Below, piece by piece: positions 44,806 through 54,961 of a DNA stretch of 55,920 nt; the stretch's first letter is position 1; the number at the start of each line of letters is the position of its first letter. The DNA is from Myxococcales bacterium. Lineage in GTDB: Bacteria; Myxococcota_A; Polyangia; Haliangiales; Haliangiaceae. The position numbers and the translations under genes are program-made. A model generated the notes under the pieces. That model was not told the origin of the DNA. It saw only the letters and a list, made by a program, of their open reading frames with translations, and did not search any database. The DNA lies in NCBI GenBank assembly GCA_016707895.1, contig JADJGV010000034.1:885625-941544 (forward strand). Reading direction: 5' to 3'.

Positions 44806-46642
44806 GATGCGTCCTCGCCGCGGCTCGACACGATCAGGCGCTGGCGCGCTCGCGGCCATGGCGGCCGCGACCGCGGTGGTGGCGTGCAGCGGCGGGGCGC
44901 CGAACACGCCGGACGGGGCTCCGGACACGGCGGCCGACGCGGTCGCGGGCAGCTGCGGCGACGGGGTGGTCGACCCGGGCGAGGCGTGCGACGACGGCCG
45001 CAACGACGCCCTGGGCGGTGGCTGCCTGCCGGGGTGCCAGGCGAGCGACGACAGCGACCAGGTGTTCGCCCGCCCGCTGGTCGAGGTGGCGCTGACCTTG
45101 CCGGCGTCCGAGTGGGAGCTGCTGCGCCACGAGCGCAAGCCCCGCCACGTCATCTTCGGCGGCGCTGACTGCCGCAACGTCAGCTTGCCGAGCCCGTACC
45201 AGTGGCACGCGGCCGAGGTCACGATCGACGGCGTCGCGCTCGGCGCGGTCGGCCTGCGCAAGAAGGGGCACATCGGGTCGCAGACCGACCTGCGGCCGGC
45301 TCTCAAGCTCGACTTCGATCGCGTCTCGCCGGGCGGCCGCTACCACGGCCTCGAGGGGGTGGCGCTCAACAACGACCGGAGCGACCCCTCGCATGCGCGT
45401 GCCTGCGTCAGCTACCAGGTGTTCCGCGCTGCCGGCGTCCCGGCGCCGCGCTGCACGCTGGCCCACGTGACGGTCAACGGCGAGGATCAGGGCGTGTACG
45501 GCCTGGTCGAGGAGATCGACGCGCACTTCCTGGCCCGGCAGTTCGCGCAACCCGGCGGCAACCTGTACGAGGGCACCGCCAACGACTTCCGGCCCGACGC
45601 CATCGGCGGGTTCGATCGCGAGACCAACCAAGGCGACCCGTCGCGGGCCGACCTCGACGCCGTGCTGGCGGCGCTGGACGCGGCCGACGCCGAGGTCGAG
45701 GCGGCGCTGGCGGCGGTGATCGATCTCGATCAGTTCTACCGGTTCTGGGCGACCGAGATCGTGGTGTGGCACCGCGACGGCTACAGCGGCAACGCCAACA
45801 ACTTCTACCTGTACGCCGACCCGGCCCGGGGCGGCCGGATGGTGTTCCTGCCGTGGGGCACCGACGCTGCCCTCTCGGTCGACAACCGACCCGAGGTGCC
45901 CGACTCGGTGCTGGCGTTCTCGGCGCTCAGCCGGCGCCTGATCCTGCTCGCCAGCGGACGCGCTCGGCTGAACGCCGAGGTCGACGCCGTGCTGACCGAG
46001 GCGTGGCGCCCGGCCGAGCTGATGGCGGACGTCGATCGCATCGGCCAGGTCGCCGATCCGGTGCTGCTGCCGGCCCGCGCCGCCGAGCGCGCGAGCGTGG
46101 CCGCGCAGATCAAGGCGATGATCCTCGGTCGCGCCGACGCCATCACCGCCGCCCGCGCCGCGGGCGATGCGTGGAGCCTGCCGCTGCGTACCCTGCCGTG
46201 TCGCGTCGAGGCCGAGGCCATCACGGGCACAGTCACCACCAGCTGGGACACCCTCGGGCAGACCACCTACGCCACCGGCGCGCTCACGCTGACGGTGGCC
46301 GGGCAGCCGGTCGTCGCCGTGCGGTCGGGCGCCCGGGCCGGCCTGGCCGGCGTGGACGGCCGGATCCTGGCCACCCTCGACAGCGCGACCCGGCGCTACG
46401 CCATCACCCTCAACTTCCCCGACCCCGAGTGGTTCGATCGCTTCGACGTCGTCGGCCCGCACGACATCGCCAGCCCGCCGTTGACGATCACGGTGATCGA
46501 GTCCGACCTGACCGTGACCCCCGCGGCCGTGCTGCGCCGGCTCGAGCTCGGCGGCGGGACCTGGACCTTCTCGGCCGCCAGCCGCATGGCAGGCGCGCCG
46601 ATCGTCGCCAGCTTCACCAGCACGCTGTACCTCCCGCTGTGA
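44806..46642 (+). CDS. CotH-family (atypical kinase fold) lipoprotein
   Basis: Signal ...AAMAAATAVVACSGG (lipobox). LRKKGHIGS, LKLDFDR, NLYEGT and NNFYLYADPARGGRMVFLPWGTDAALS resemble CotH kinase-family signatures. Confidence 0.55.
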
Positions 46643-46702
46643 TCTCCCGTGCGATGCAGACCGTTCGAACGAGCGGCGCGACGGGCAGTGGGGACGCGAC
46701 GA

Positions 46703-48985
46703 TCATTGCAGGATGCCGCCGTCGTTGCGCGCGACGCCGTAGTAGCCACCCCAGACGACCATCCACGCGCCCGTCCAGACCGCCGCGTGTTCAGCGCGGG
46801 CCGGTCCGCCGGCGAGAATCGGGATCCAGGCGCTCGTCAGCGGGGCGTAGCGACCGCCGTCGTCCGGGATGTCCCGGCCGCCCCAGACGATCATCTCCGT
46901 CCCGGTCCAGACCCCGGTGTGTTCCTCTCGGGCCACTGGGCCCCCGCTCAGAATCGGGTTCCACTGCGCCGTCGACGGGCGGAAGCGGCCCCCATCGTTC
47001 AGCTTGACGCCGGTGCTCACTCCACCCCACACGAGCATCTCGGTCCCGGTCCACACCGCCGTATGACTATGACGAGCTGACGGGCCGGCGGCAGGCAGTG
47101 GGGTCCACTGCCCGGTCGCGGGATCGAAGCGAGCGCCGTCGTTGCGGTCCGCGCCGTCATGCCCGCCCCAGACGATCATCTCGGTCCCGGTCCACACCGC
47201 CGCGTGATTGACCCGCGCCGAAGGACCTCCACTCGAGATCAGGGTCCACTGCCCCGTCGCGGGGTCGTAGCGGCCCCCGTCGTCGTGGTTGCCCCCCGCC
47301 CCATAGCCGCCCCAGACGATCATCTCGGTGCCGGTCCACACGGCCGTGTGCCCGCTGCGCACCGACGGGCCGCCCGCAGGGATGAGGGTCCATTGGCCGG
47401 TCGCGGGATTGTAGCGCCCCCCGTTGTTGAGCTCGGCACCCCCGCCCCAGCCGCCCCAGACGATCATCTCGGTGCCGGTCCACACGGCCGTGTGCCCGTA
47501 GCGCGCCGAGGGGCCGCCGGCAGGAATCGGAATCCAGCGGCTGCAGTGACCGGCGTTGCAACCGATGGCACAGGTCTCGTCGGTGTGTGGATAGCTGCAC
47601 GTTCCACCGGCGCAGCTGCCTGGGGTGGTCGACGTCCGCAGCGTGAACACGTTCACGCAGATCGGCGGCGGCGGCTGCGTACAACCCGTCGGCGCGCACG
47701 CCCCGGCAAACGCGGCCGTGACCGTCGTCGCCGTCGCCAGCGTGACGACGCAATCGCCGGTACCGGTGCAACCGCCGCCGCTCCAGCCGCCGAAGGCATC
47801 AGCGCCGGTCGGACTGGCCCGCAACGTGATGCTCGTGCCGCCCGGAAAGGGCCGACTGCACGCCGCGCCGCAGTCGATTCCCGCCGGTATCGACGTCACC
47901 GTGCCCGCTCCCGTCCCAACCTTGACCACCGTCAGGACGGGCGCCGTCATGCACGCGTTGGCGCTGCAGATCTGGTCGGCCCCGCACGCGACGGCGGGCC
48001 CCCACTCGGCGCAGGCGTCGGTGTCGAAATCGCCACACAGCTGCTCGGCCCCTGTCCCCGCGCAGCGCGTTGCACCGCGCGTGCATTCGTCGGTGCACGC
48101 GCCGCCGAACGCGGCGGTCACCGTCGCCGCCGCCGACATCGTCACAGCGCAGGTCCCGGTGCCGCTGCAGCCACCGCCGCTCCAGCCGTCGAACGTCGCG
48201 CCGGCCCCTGGCGTCGCGATCAGCTGCACGCTGGTCCCGGCCGGGTACGTCGCCGTGCAGTCTGCCCCGCAGCTGATGCCAGGCGGCGTCGACGTAACGA
48301 GCCCTCCCCCAGTGCCGGTCGTCACCACCGTCAAGGCATACGCCGCCGTGCACGCGCTCGCCGCACAGAGCTCGCCTGGGGGGCACGCCTCCGCCGCCCC
48401 CCACTCAAGGCACGGATCCGTGTCGTGATTCCCGCACGTCCGCACCGCCTCGGCGCCTTCGCACACCGAGGCACCGGGCATGCAGTCGTCCGCACACGAC
48501 GAGGCGCACGCGCCGCCGACGCAGAACGGCGCAGCGGCGGGGCAGGCCATCGCCATGCCCCACGCCGGGCACCCATCGGTCACGACGCACGTCTCGACGG
48601 CCTGGTCGGTGCACCGCGTCGCCCCCGGCTCGCAGCTCGCCGGACAATCCGTGCGCACCAGCGTCACCCGCGCGACCACCTCCTCACCGCGCACCGGGGT
48701 CACCTGCGTCCGGCCGTCCGCCACCGGCACGCCGAGCTGGAGCCCCGCCACGGTCAAGGCGTGCGCGTCCCCAGCCCAGGCGTCCGGCACCTGCAGCATC
48801 AACTCGGGACCAACCGCCCGCGTCACCGGGGCTGCGCCGTCGAGCGTCACGACGAGCGCGTCCACGTTCACGCCCGCCGCGATGGTGACCTCGAGCCGTA
48901 TCGAGGTTGGGGCGGAACTACATGCCGCCGCCATCAGGCACAGCCACGGCAGGACGGTCGTTCGCAAACTCGCTCGCGGTCGCAT
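46703..48985 (-). CDS. lipoprotein with Cys-rich repeats, two InlB-B-repeat-like Ig domains and a C-terminal 6-bladed Kelch propeller (760 aa)
   Basis: Signal MRPRASLRTTVLPWLCLMAAAC. Cys-rich C..C..G.C modules. YALTVVTTGTGGGLVTSTPPGISCGADC...FDGWSGGGCSGTGTCAVT appears twice. Six repeats of GHTAVWTGTEMIVWGG. Confidence 0.65.
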   Translation of the reverse strand: MRPRASLRTTVLPWLCLMAAACSSAPTSIRLEVTIAAGVNVDALVVTLDGAAPVTRAVGPELMLQVPDAWAGDAHALTVAGLQLGVPVADGRTQVTPVRGEEVVARVTLVRTDCPASCEPGATRCTDQAVETCVVTDGCPAWGMAMACPAAAPFCVGGACASSCADDCMPGASVCEGAEAVRTCGNHDTDPCLEWGAAEACPPGELCAASACTAAYALTVVTTGTGGGLVTSTPPGISCGADCTATYPAGTSVQLIATPGAGATFDGWSGGGCSGTGTCAVTMSAAATVTAAFGGACTDECTRGATRCAGTGAEQLCGDFDTDACAEWGPAVACGADQICSANACMTAPVLTVVKVGTGAGTVTSIPAGIDCGAACSRPFPGGTSITLRASPTGADAFGGWSGGGCTGTGDCVVTLATATTVTAAFAGACAPTGCTQPPPPICVNVFTLRTSTTPGSCAGGTCSYPHTDETCAIGCNAGHCSRWIPIPAGGPSARYGHTAVWTGTEMIVWGGWGGGAELNNGGRYNPATGQWTLIPAGGPSVRSGHTAVWTGTEMIVWGGYGAGGNHDDGGRYDPATGQWTLISSGGPSARVNHAAVWTGTEMIVWGGHDGADRNDGARFDPATGQWTPLPAAGPSARHSHTAVWTGTEMLVWGGVSTGVKLNDGGRFRPSTAQWNPILSGGPVAREEHTGVWTGTEMIVWGGRDIPDDGGRYAPLTSAWIPILAGGPARAEHAAVWTGAWMVVWGGYYGVARNDGGILQ

Positions 48986-49095
48986 GGCGCGGGAGGTTGG
49001 CAGCGGCCGGCCACGCGGGGAATGACGCCGCGCTTTCACCGACGTGTGCCGTCGCGCACATCGCGTCGTCCCGCCGAGATCTTCGACGTCGTGAA

Positions 49096-49317
49096 TCACC
49101 GCCGTGGCGTGAGGTGCGCGAGTGCCTTGCGGATGGCCGTGCGGACCTCGCGGTCGGGCTCGAGCGCTCGCCGCCGCTTGAGCGCGGCGCGACTCGGCGC
49201 GGGGCCGAGGTCGATCATCGCGACGACCGTGGCGCACCTGACGCGCTGGTCGGCGTGGTCGAGCAGCGCCTCCAGGGTGGCGCGGGCCGCGGCGCCGCCG
49301 CGGGCGCCGAGGGCCAT
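49096..49317 (-). CDS. small HEAT-repeat-like protein or fragment (73 aa)
   Basis: LLDHADQRVRCATVVAMIDLG...EPDREVRTAIRKAL resembles two PBS-lyase/HEAT-like repeats. Confidence 0.3.
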   Translation of the reverse strand: MALGARGGAAARATLEALLDHADQRVRCATVVAMIDLGPAPSRAALKRRRALEPDREVRTAIRKALAHLTPRR

Positions 49318-49354
49318 CGCGGCGGCCTGGACCGTCGGCGCGTCGTTCTTGGGG

Positions 49355-49392
49355 CCCGGCGATCCGATCGGCGCCCGGCGATCCGATCGGCT
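49355..49392. repeat. tandem direct repeat, 2 x 19 bp (CCCGGCGATCCGATCGGCG/T) followed by CTGCGACTCG
   Basis: Two copies read directly from the sequence. Related to the 54.7 kb repeat (CGATCCGrTyGGCTGCGACTCG shared). Confidence 0.75.
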
Positions 49393-49409
49393 GCGACTCG
49401 TCTCGCAGG

Positions 49410-50096
49410 GTGGCGGGCACTCGGTCGCCGACGGGCGGTGGCTTACCGATCGGGTGTGGGCCGTCGATCGAGGTCCGCCTCAGCCTGTGCGCGTCGGTCG
49501 CCGACCACGAGCTGGCGGTCGACCTGGCGACGGCGTTGGCGGAGCAAGCCGAACCGCTGATCGCCTGGGAGGACGACGCGGGGCCGATCTCGCCGGCGGC
49601 GCTCCAGGCGCGACGTGCGGCCTGGGTCGCCGAACAGGCCGCGTGGGCGCCCGCGATCGCGGCGTCGATGGTCGATGCCGAGGGGCAGACCTCGCTGATG
49701 GCCGGCCCGCGCCGCGCGTTCGCGCTCGGCCCGCGGTTCCTGGCGGCGCTGCGCGCCAGCGGCGCGCCGCTCGAGGACGCGCTGCTGGCGGCGATGGTGA
49801 CGCTGCAAGGTCTCGACGAGTACTACCCCGCGATGGCGCTCGGCCTCAGCGACGGCGCGACCACGACCACGCACGCGGTCTGGGGGCCGCGCAGCGCGTA
49901 CTTGTTCCACCGCGTCGACACGCTGGTGCTGCGCGACGACGACGAGCGGATCGTGATCCCGTGGGCGTGCGGCCCCGAGGTCGCCGGCGACGGCTGGTGC
50001 TGGCGCGACGAGGACCACGCGACGGTCGAACGCATGGACGCCGATGGCTGGCGCGCTCGGCTGGCGCGCGCGCGCCGGGTGGCGCTGCCCGCGTGA
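49410..50096 (+). CDS. hypothetical protein (228 aa; start uncertain)
   Basis: ORF with W/Y/D/E-containing composition. Tandem repeat and GCAGCCGATCGG-type motif lie immediately upstream. Confidence 0.35.
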   Translation: MAGTRSPTGGGLPIGCGPSIEVRLSLCASVADHELAVDLATALAEQAEPLIAWEDDAGPISPAALQARRAAWVAEQAAWAPAIAASMVDAEGQTSLMAGPRRAFALGPRFLAALRASGAPLEDALLAAMVTLQGLDEYYPAMALGLSDGATTTTHAVWGPRSAYLFHRVDTLVLRDDDERIVIPWACGPEVAGDGWCWRDEDHATVERMDADGWRARLARARRVALPA

Positions 50097-50114
50097 GCCG
50101 CGCGAGGCGCGTGG

Positions 50115-50474
50115 CTACCGGAACGCCAGGTCGAGCCCGGCGAACATGCGGATGTCATCAGCGGCTGAGCGTGCGTGCCCGCGGACGTGCCCCGAGGCAT
50201 CGGTGAAGCCCGTGCGGATGATGTTCTCGTCGCCGGGACTCACCTTGCCAAACAGCCTCGCCAGGTGGCCGAACCCGAGGATGGCGTTGCCGCGGACGTA
50301 CTCGTCGCGGTGGCCGCTGAGCGCCACGCACATGCGATGCACAACCTCGTAGTCCGCTTCGTTGAGCGCGGCGGCGACGATGCCGGTCTGCAGGTACGCG
50401 ACGTCGTCACGCGCGATGGCCGCCCAGAGCGCCTGCGGCCCGTCGTACGTCGGGTCGTCGTAGACGTCGGTCAT
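50115..50474 (-). CDS. hypothetical protein (119 aa)
   Basis: MTDVYDDPTYDGPQALWAAIARDD... A genuine-looking 3' portion of a longer artefactual ORF. ATG at 50474. Confidence 0.4.
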   Translation of the reverse strand: MTDVYDDPTYDGPQALWAAIARDDVAYLQTGIVAAALNEADYEVVHRMCVALSGHRDEYVRGNAILGFGHLARLFGKVSPGDENIIRTGFTDASGHVRGHARSAADDIRMFAGLDLAFR

Positions 50475-50530
50475 GCGGCGTAGCCTAGCCTGGGGCCGCC
50501 GTGGCAGCCGATCGGATCGCCGGCTCCGCG

Positions 50531-51338
50531 TCAGCCGCCGGCCGCCCACGCGTCGTCGCCGACCGCCTCGCTCACCACAGCGATCGCCCGCGGCGCGCCC
50601 ACCAGGCGCGGGGGGGCGCCGGTCACCGTGACGCGCAGGCCGGGCGCGGCGCCGAGCACGATGGCGCCGGCGGGGCCGAGCTCGTCGAGCACGTGGGCGT
50701 CGCGCTCGGGGGACGCCCCTTCCCAGCGGCAGACCAGCACGGGCGTCGTCAGGTGCGGGTGCCCCGCCGGTGCGGCCAGGGCGCAGCGCAACGTGAGCGT
50801 CGTGGCCCGGGCCTGTGGCAGCCGGCCCTCGGCGAGCGTCGGGCACACCACGGCGTCGGCTGTCACGTCGACCACGACCGCGTCGCCGTCGGCGCGCCAG
50901 CGCCCGGCGAACCCCGCCTGTTCCCGGAACTGGTCGTCGGTGTGGACCCGCGGCCCGTCGTTCGTCATCGCGTAGCGCCAGCCGCGACAGGCCTGCGCGG
51001 TGCCGTCGTCGGCCAGCGTCAGCGCCAGCGAGGCCGCGGAGGTCTCGCGCACGAGCTGGCGCGCGTGGGTGCCGCTGAGGTCGCGGTGGATCACGGTCGC
51101 GTAGCGGCCGGGGACGAACGGCACGCGCCCGCAGCCCCGCGCCAAGCTCGATGGTCGCGCCGGTGGGCGTGGCGACCGGTGCTGCGTCGGCGGCCAGCGC
51201 TTGCGCGTTCGTGGTGCCAGGCGAAGGGCGCGCGGGTGGCATCTCGGGCGGCCTCCCGCACGCGGCGCTGCCGGCGAGCGCGGCCAGCACCGCGGCGGTT
51301 GGAGCAGCGCATCGCTCAGTCGGGGAACGCACTGACAT
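50531..51338 (-). pseudogene. lipoprotein gene interrupted by a frameshift
   Basis: The lipobox signal MSVRSPTERCAAPTAAVLAALAGSAAC (from 51338) is in one frame. The ~200-aa body (VPFVPGRYATVIHRDLSGTHARQLV...) continues in another frame from about 51130. Both flanking frames are arginine/proline-rich junk. Confidence 0.35.
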
Positions 51339-52052
51339 ATCGGTGGTCGAGGACGGTACCCCAATCGATCGGTGCGGCGGCGGGGCTCGGTCACCGGCGC
51401 AGCGCCTTGCGGGGCCGGGCTCCTCGTCGGGCGCGGCGACCGGCGAGCGGCGCCCACGCGAAAGGACGACGTGGCGATCGGCGGCGATGGCGATCGCGCC
51501 GCGCGGGCGACCCGCTCCTCCGGACCACCGCCAGGCGCGGCGCCCGACGCCGACCAGCGCTTCGCCCACCCGTCGCGCGAGCCCCGCCGATCGGATCGCG
51601 GTCCGCGGCCGCGCGCCGGCTGGACGCAGCCGCGATCGTCGCAGGTGTCGCGCGCTAGCCGGGAATCCCATTGGTGGAGCTTCCTGCCAACTGGAGCGGG
51701 GGGCGGTCGGCCCCCCGTTCCTCACCGCCTGTCGGCGGCGGGAGGCCCGCGGGGGGAGCGGCGAGCAGGCGGGCGAAGAGGAGCAGCGCGTCACCCTGGA
51801 TGCACGCAAGGCCGATGTCGCCGGCGGCGAACTCGCCGATGACCGGCGTGGACGTGTCGAGACGCCGGCGCCGCCCGTCCTCGAACTCGACGGTGATCGT
51901 GCGATCGATCCCGAGCCGGCCCGGGCCGTCATGGTCGTGATCGTCGTGGACGACGTAGGTGCCGCCGCCGACGTCGACGACGTACACGAGGTGACGCGTA
52001 ATCGGCACGCCGGACGCACGCCAGGCGACCCGCAGGTCGAAGAAGAGCGGGA

Positions 52053-52436
52053 TCAGGTCATCATCACCGGCGCCAGCGCGGCCAGCGTGAACCACGGCCC
52101 GCCCAACGCCCAGCAGCCCACGATGCTCGCCAGCCCGACGCCCATCCTGACGACGCAGCGCGCGTAGAACCGCGCGCCCAGCGGCGGCCGCATGATCGGG
52201 GCCTCCATGGCGAGGTTCAGGCGCGGATCCTGGCGCGCCAGCGCGAAGCGCGGCGCGTGGGCCGACGCGGGTGCTGGCGGGGCGGTCGCCATCGCTGACA
52301 ACCGCTCGCCGCGTCCGCTCACCACGATCGCGACCGGCAGCGACCCCGTTCCGACGCCGTGCATCGCGCGCCCGCAGTTCGGACAGGTCGCGCCCGGCGT
52401 CTCGAGGATCGTGGCGTCGCAGTGCGGACAATTCAT
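52053..52436 (-). CDS. small zinc-ribbon protein with C-terminal transmembrane segment (127 aa)
   Basis: MNCPHCDATILETPGATCPNCGRAMHG is a CPxC...CPxC zinc ribbon. C-terminal hydrophobic stretch VRMGVGLASIVGCWALGGPWFTLAALAPVMM. Confidence 0.4.
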   Translation of the reverse strand: MNCPHCDATILETPGATCPNCGRAMHGVGTGSLPVAIVVSGRGERLSAMATAPPAPASAHAPRFALARQDPRLNLAMEAPIMRPPLGARFYARCVVRMGVGLASIVGCWALGGPWFTLAALAPVMMT

Positions 52437-52563
52437 CGATGCGCCTGATGCTACCCCGTCGGCGCGTACGCGCGCGGCACGCCGACGCTCCCCGGAGGCC
52501 GGGTGCAGCTCCGTCCGGTCAGGGTCGAGGGCGGCGCGCATCCACGCGTGGCCTTCGACGCGC

Positions 52564-53868
52564 TCAGGTGCGCCGCGCGTCGCGCGCGTCGCGCGCGGCC
52601 CGGCGGCGGGCGTACCCGCGGTAGAGCCACAGGAGCAGCATCGCGCCCAGCACCGAGGCGAGGAAGCCCGACGTCTCGTTCGTGCGATACCAGCCGCCGG
52701 CGACGCCGATGAGGCGCGCGGTCGCCGCGCCGAGCACGCCGAGCAGCGACGTGAGCAACAGGCCAGGGGATCGGCGACGTAGATCTCGTCCAGGCCGCCT
52801 TCGCGCCGCGCCGTGAACACCGTCGCGGCGCCGTCGTCGATCCACTCGGTGATCGAGTACATGTCTTGAAACGTCCCGGGCGGGTTCAGCATCGTCGAGG
52901 TCCAGCTCGGGGCCTCGGCGTAGCCTAGGTCCCAGCGGGGCCACTCGCCGAGCGGCGTTGCCTGCAGGCGCACGCTGCGGCTCGCGAGGTTCCCCGCGAT
53001 GCGGCGCCAGGTGCCGAGGTGCCAGTCGGGGCTCGCCGATTCAGGGACCGCGATGGGCGCCAGCGAAGGAAGCGCACGCCAGAACGTCGCCAGGTCGCCC
53101 GTGGTGGTCGTCGTCATCACGTAGGCGACCACCTCGCCGTCGAGATCGAACCCGACGCCGAACACATCGGGATCGACGCCCGCGATCGCGGGCGAGTTCA
53201 CGCGCACCGCTGGTCCTGGTACCGACCGCTCACGTCGACCAGGTAGGCATCATCCAGGGGTGGTCGAACTGTCCCGCGAACGCGACGAGCGTTCCCGCCG
53301 AGTTCATCGCCACCTGGGGCTGGGTCTGCAGTGTGAGCCCGGGCGGGATCAGCGAGATCGGTGGTAGCGGGACGCCGTCGTTGATCGCCACCCAGAGGAC
53401 ATCATGAAACGCCACGAACAGCATGCCGTGGCCGTCTGGGGTGAAGGGGTGAGGTGTTGTTGGGTTCGAACCCGGCGTGCCCAGATCCACCGGCGCGGAC
53501 GTCGGCCGGCGTAGATCGAGGCCCCAGGCGTTGCTCGAGGTGAACAACGTCGGGCGACACGCGGCGAAGCTGCCGTCCGGGGCGATCCAAGCGCGCTCGC
53601 AGCTCCCGGTCGGATAGGGCGGGTTGATCGCCCGGGTCGACGCGGTCCCGGCCGCGTCGAACGACGTGACGTAGCCGCCGCGGTTGGGGCCCAGCGCGAC
53701 GAAGTGATCGCCGGCGGTGCTCCAGGCGCCGTAGACTGTATCGAAGGCCCCGGCACATGGATCGGCGGCTGCGCCGGCGGGATCTGCGCGAGGTCGTACA
53801 CCGCGACCCCAGGCGACGGGCTCTCCGTCGGCCAGGCCAGCCGCGGTCGGCTCGCCGCCATCCGCCAC
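52564..53868 (-). pseudogene. beta-propeller-like secreted protein broken into three frames (in-frame stop plus frameshift)
   Basis: Three consecutive ORF pieces: 53868-53230 (IAPDGSFAA..FTPDGHGMLFVA), 53207-~52790 (MRVNSPAIAGVDPDVFGVGFDLDGEVVAYVMT...) and ~52790-52564 (two TM helices). Each continues the previous one in a different frame. Confidence 0.35.
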
Positions 53869-54553
53869 CCATCGGTGACCTGCGAGGTCTCGTCCGCGAT
53901 CACGGTTGGCGGTGCAAGCGGGAGGCCGTCAGGTCGGTTGCCATGAGCACGTGACGCTGGCCCGCCGACTGCGCGACGACGAGGTGTCGTCGATCCGGCG
54001 TCGGGCCGGCGTGCGACCAGAGGAGCGCATCGTGGATCACCCTGACGTGGACGGGAACCGCCGGACAGTATGCGGCGTCGAGCGGGACGACCATGGTCGA
54101 CCGGACGGCCGTGACCTCGTTGATATGCCAGCCAGTAGCGGGGCGCACCACTGCAAGAGACGACGATCGGCGGCGTCGTGTCGCTCACCACGCCCGTCGC
54201 GCCGCTCCGCACCGTGCAGGTCTGTACCGGCGCGGTCGGCTGCGATGCCACGCTGACCGAGTAGCTCGCCCCCGCGGGGAGCGGGAACGTGAAGCGCCCG
54301 TCAGCGCCCGGCACCGACGGTGGTCGTGCCGTCCGTCAGCGTCAGGCCCGAGCCGGCGAGGCCCGGACCTCGCCGGCGAGCATCGCCATCCCGCGTCGAC
54401 CGGCGTGTCGACGGGCGCGCCATCGATGACCGCGTCGGGAGCATCGAGCGTCGGCGCCGCGTCGACGCCTGGGTCGCCGTGGCCGCCACAGGCCACGAGG
54501 CTCAGCGCCACAGTGCAGCGCATGACGTAGTGAGTGAGATCCCGCGAGGCCAC
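53349..54553 (-). pseudogene. lipoprotein gene with multiple frameshifts
   Basis: The lipobox signal MRCTVALSLVACGG (54185-54553 frame) is followed by Ig-like segments GSGLTLTDGTTTVGAGR and ADGRFTFPLPAGASYSVSVASQPTAPVQTCTVRSG in two further frames. Confidence 0.3.
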
Positions 54554-54722
54554 GGCGCGACTATCGCACGGTGCTGCCGCGTGGCGCTGCCGCTCGGTGG
54601 ATCGCGAACCCGTGCCCAGCGAGCGGGCAGCCCCTCAGGTCGGCGGCTCACCCCTCCGGGGTGTCGCGGCGCGACGCGTGCGCCGGGCGGACGTCGAGCG
54701 TGTCAGCCGCCGGTTGGCCCCC

Positions 54723-54797
54723 GGCGCCCGATCCGGTTGGCTGCGACTCGAACCGTCGGCGGCGCCCGATCCGGTTGGCTGCGACTCGAACCGTCGG
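54723..54797. repeat. tandem direct repeat, 2 x 37 bp (GGCGCCCGATCCGGTTGGCTGCGACTCGAACCGTCGG)
   Basis: Two near-identical copies separated by 1 nt, followed at 54798 by TGGCAGTCGATCGG. Upstream of the frameshifted metallopeptidase gene. Confidence 0.8.
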
Positions 54798-54961
54798 TGG
54801 CAGTCGATCGGGCGACGGGACCTCGCGCGGTGACGGCCCGGCCGCGCCGACTGGGATCTTCGATCGGTCGCGACTCGATGTGCTGACCGCGGCCGAGCGG
54901 GATCGTGCCGGTCGACGCGCCCGGCCACCCAACCGCCGCTGCGGCGGTCTACGCTCGCGCC

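Noticed and set aside
50115-52019. 634-aa minus-strand ORF
   Set aside because: It is a composite. Its 3' end is the real 119-aa gene, a middle piece carries the lipoprotein signal peptide of the frameshifted gene, and the remainder is low-complexity junk.
51655-52050. About 130-codon ORF between the zinc-ribbon gene and the frameshifted lipoprotein
   Set aside because: Both strands give moderately protein-like translations here (minus: ..VPITRHLVYVVDVGGGTYVVHDDHDHDGPG..). There is no clear start codon and no motif, so the evidence is too weak to call a gene.
54723-54797. Possible CRISPR array
   Set aside because: Only two directly adjacent 37-bp copies with no spacers and no cas genes. It is a simple tandem duplication.
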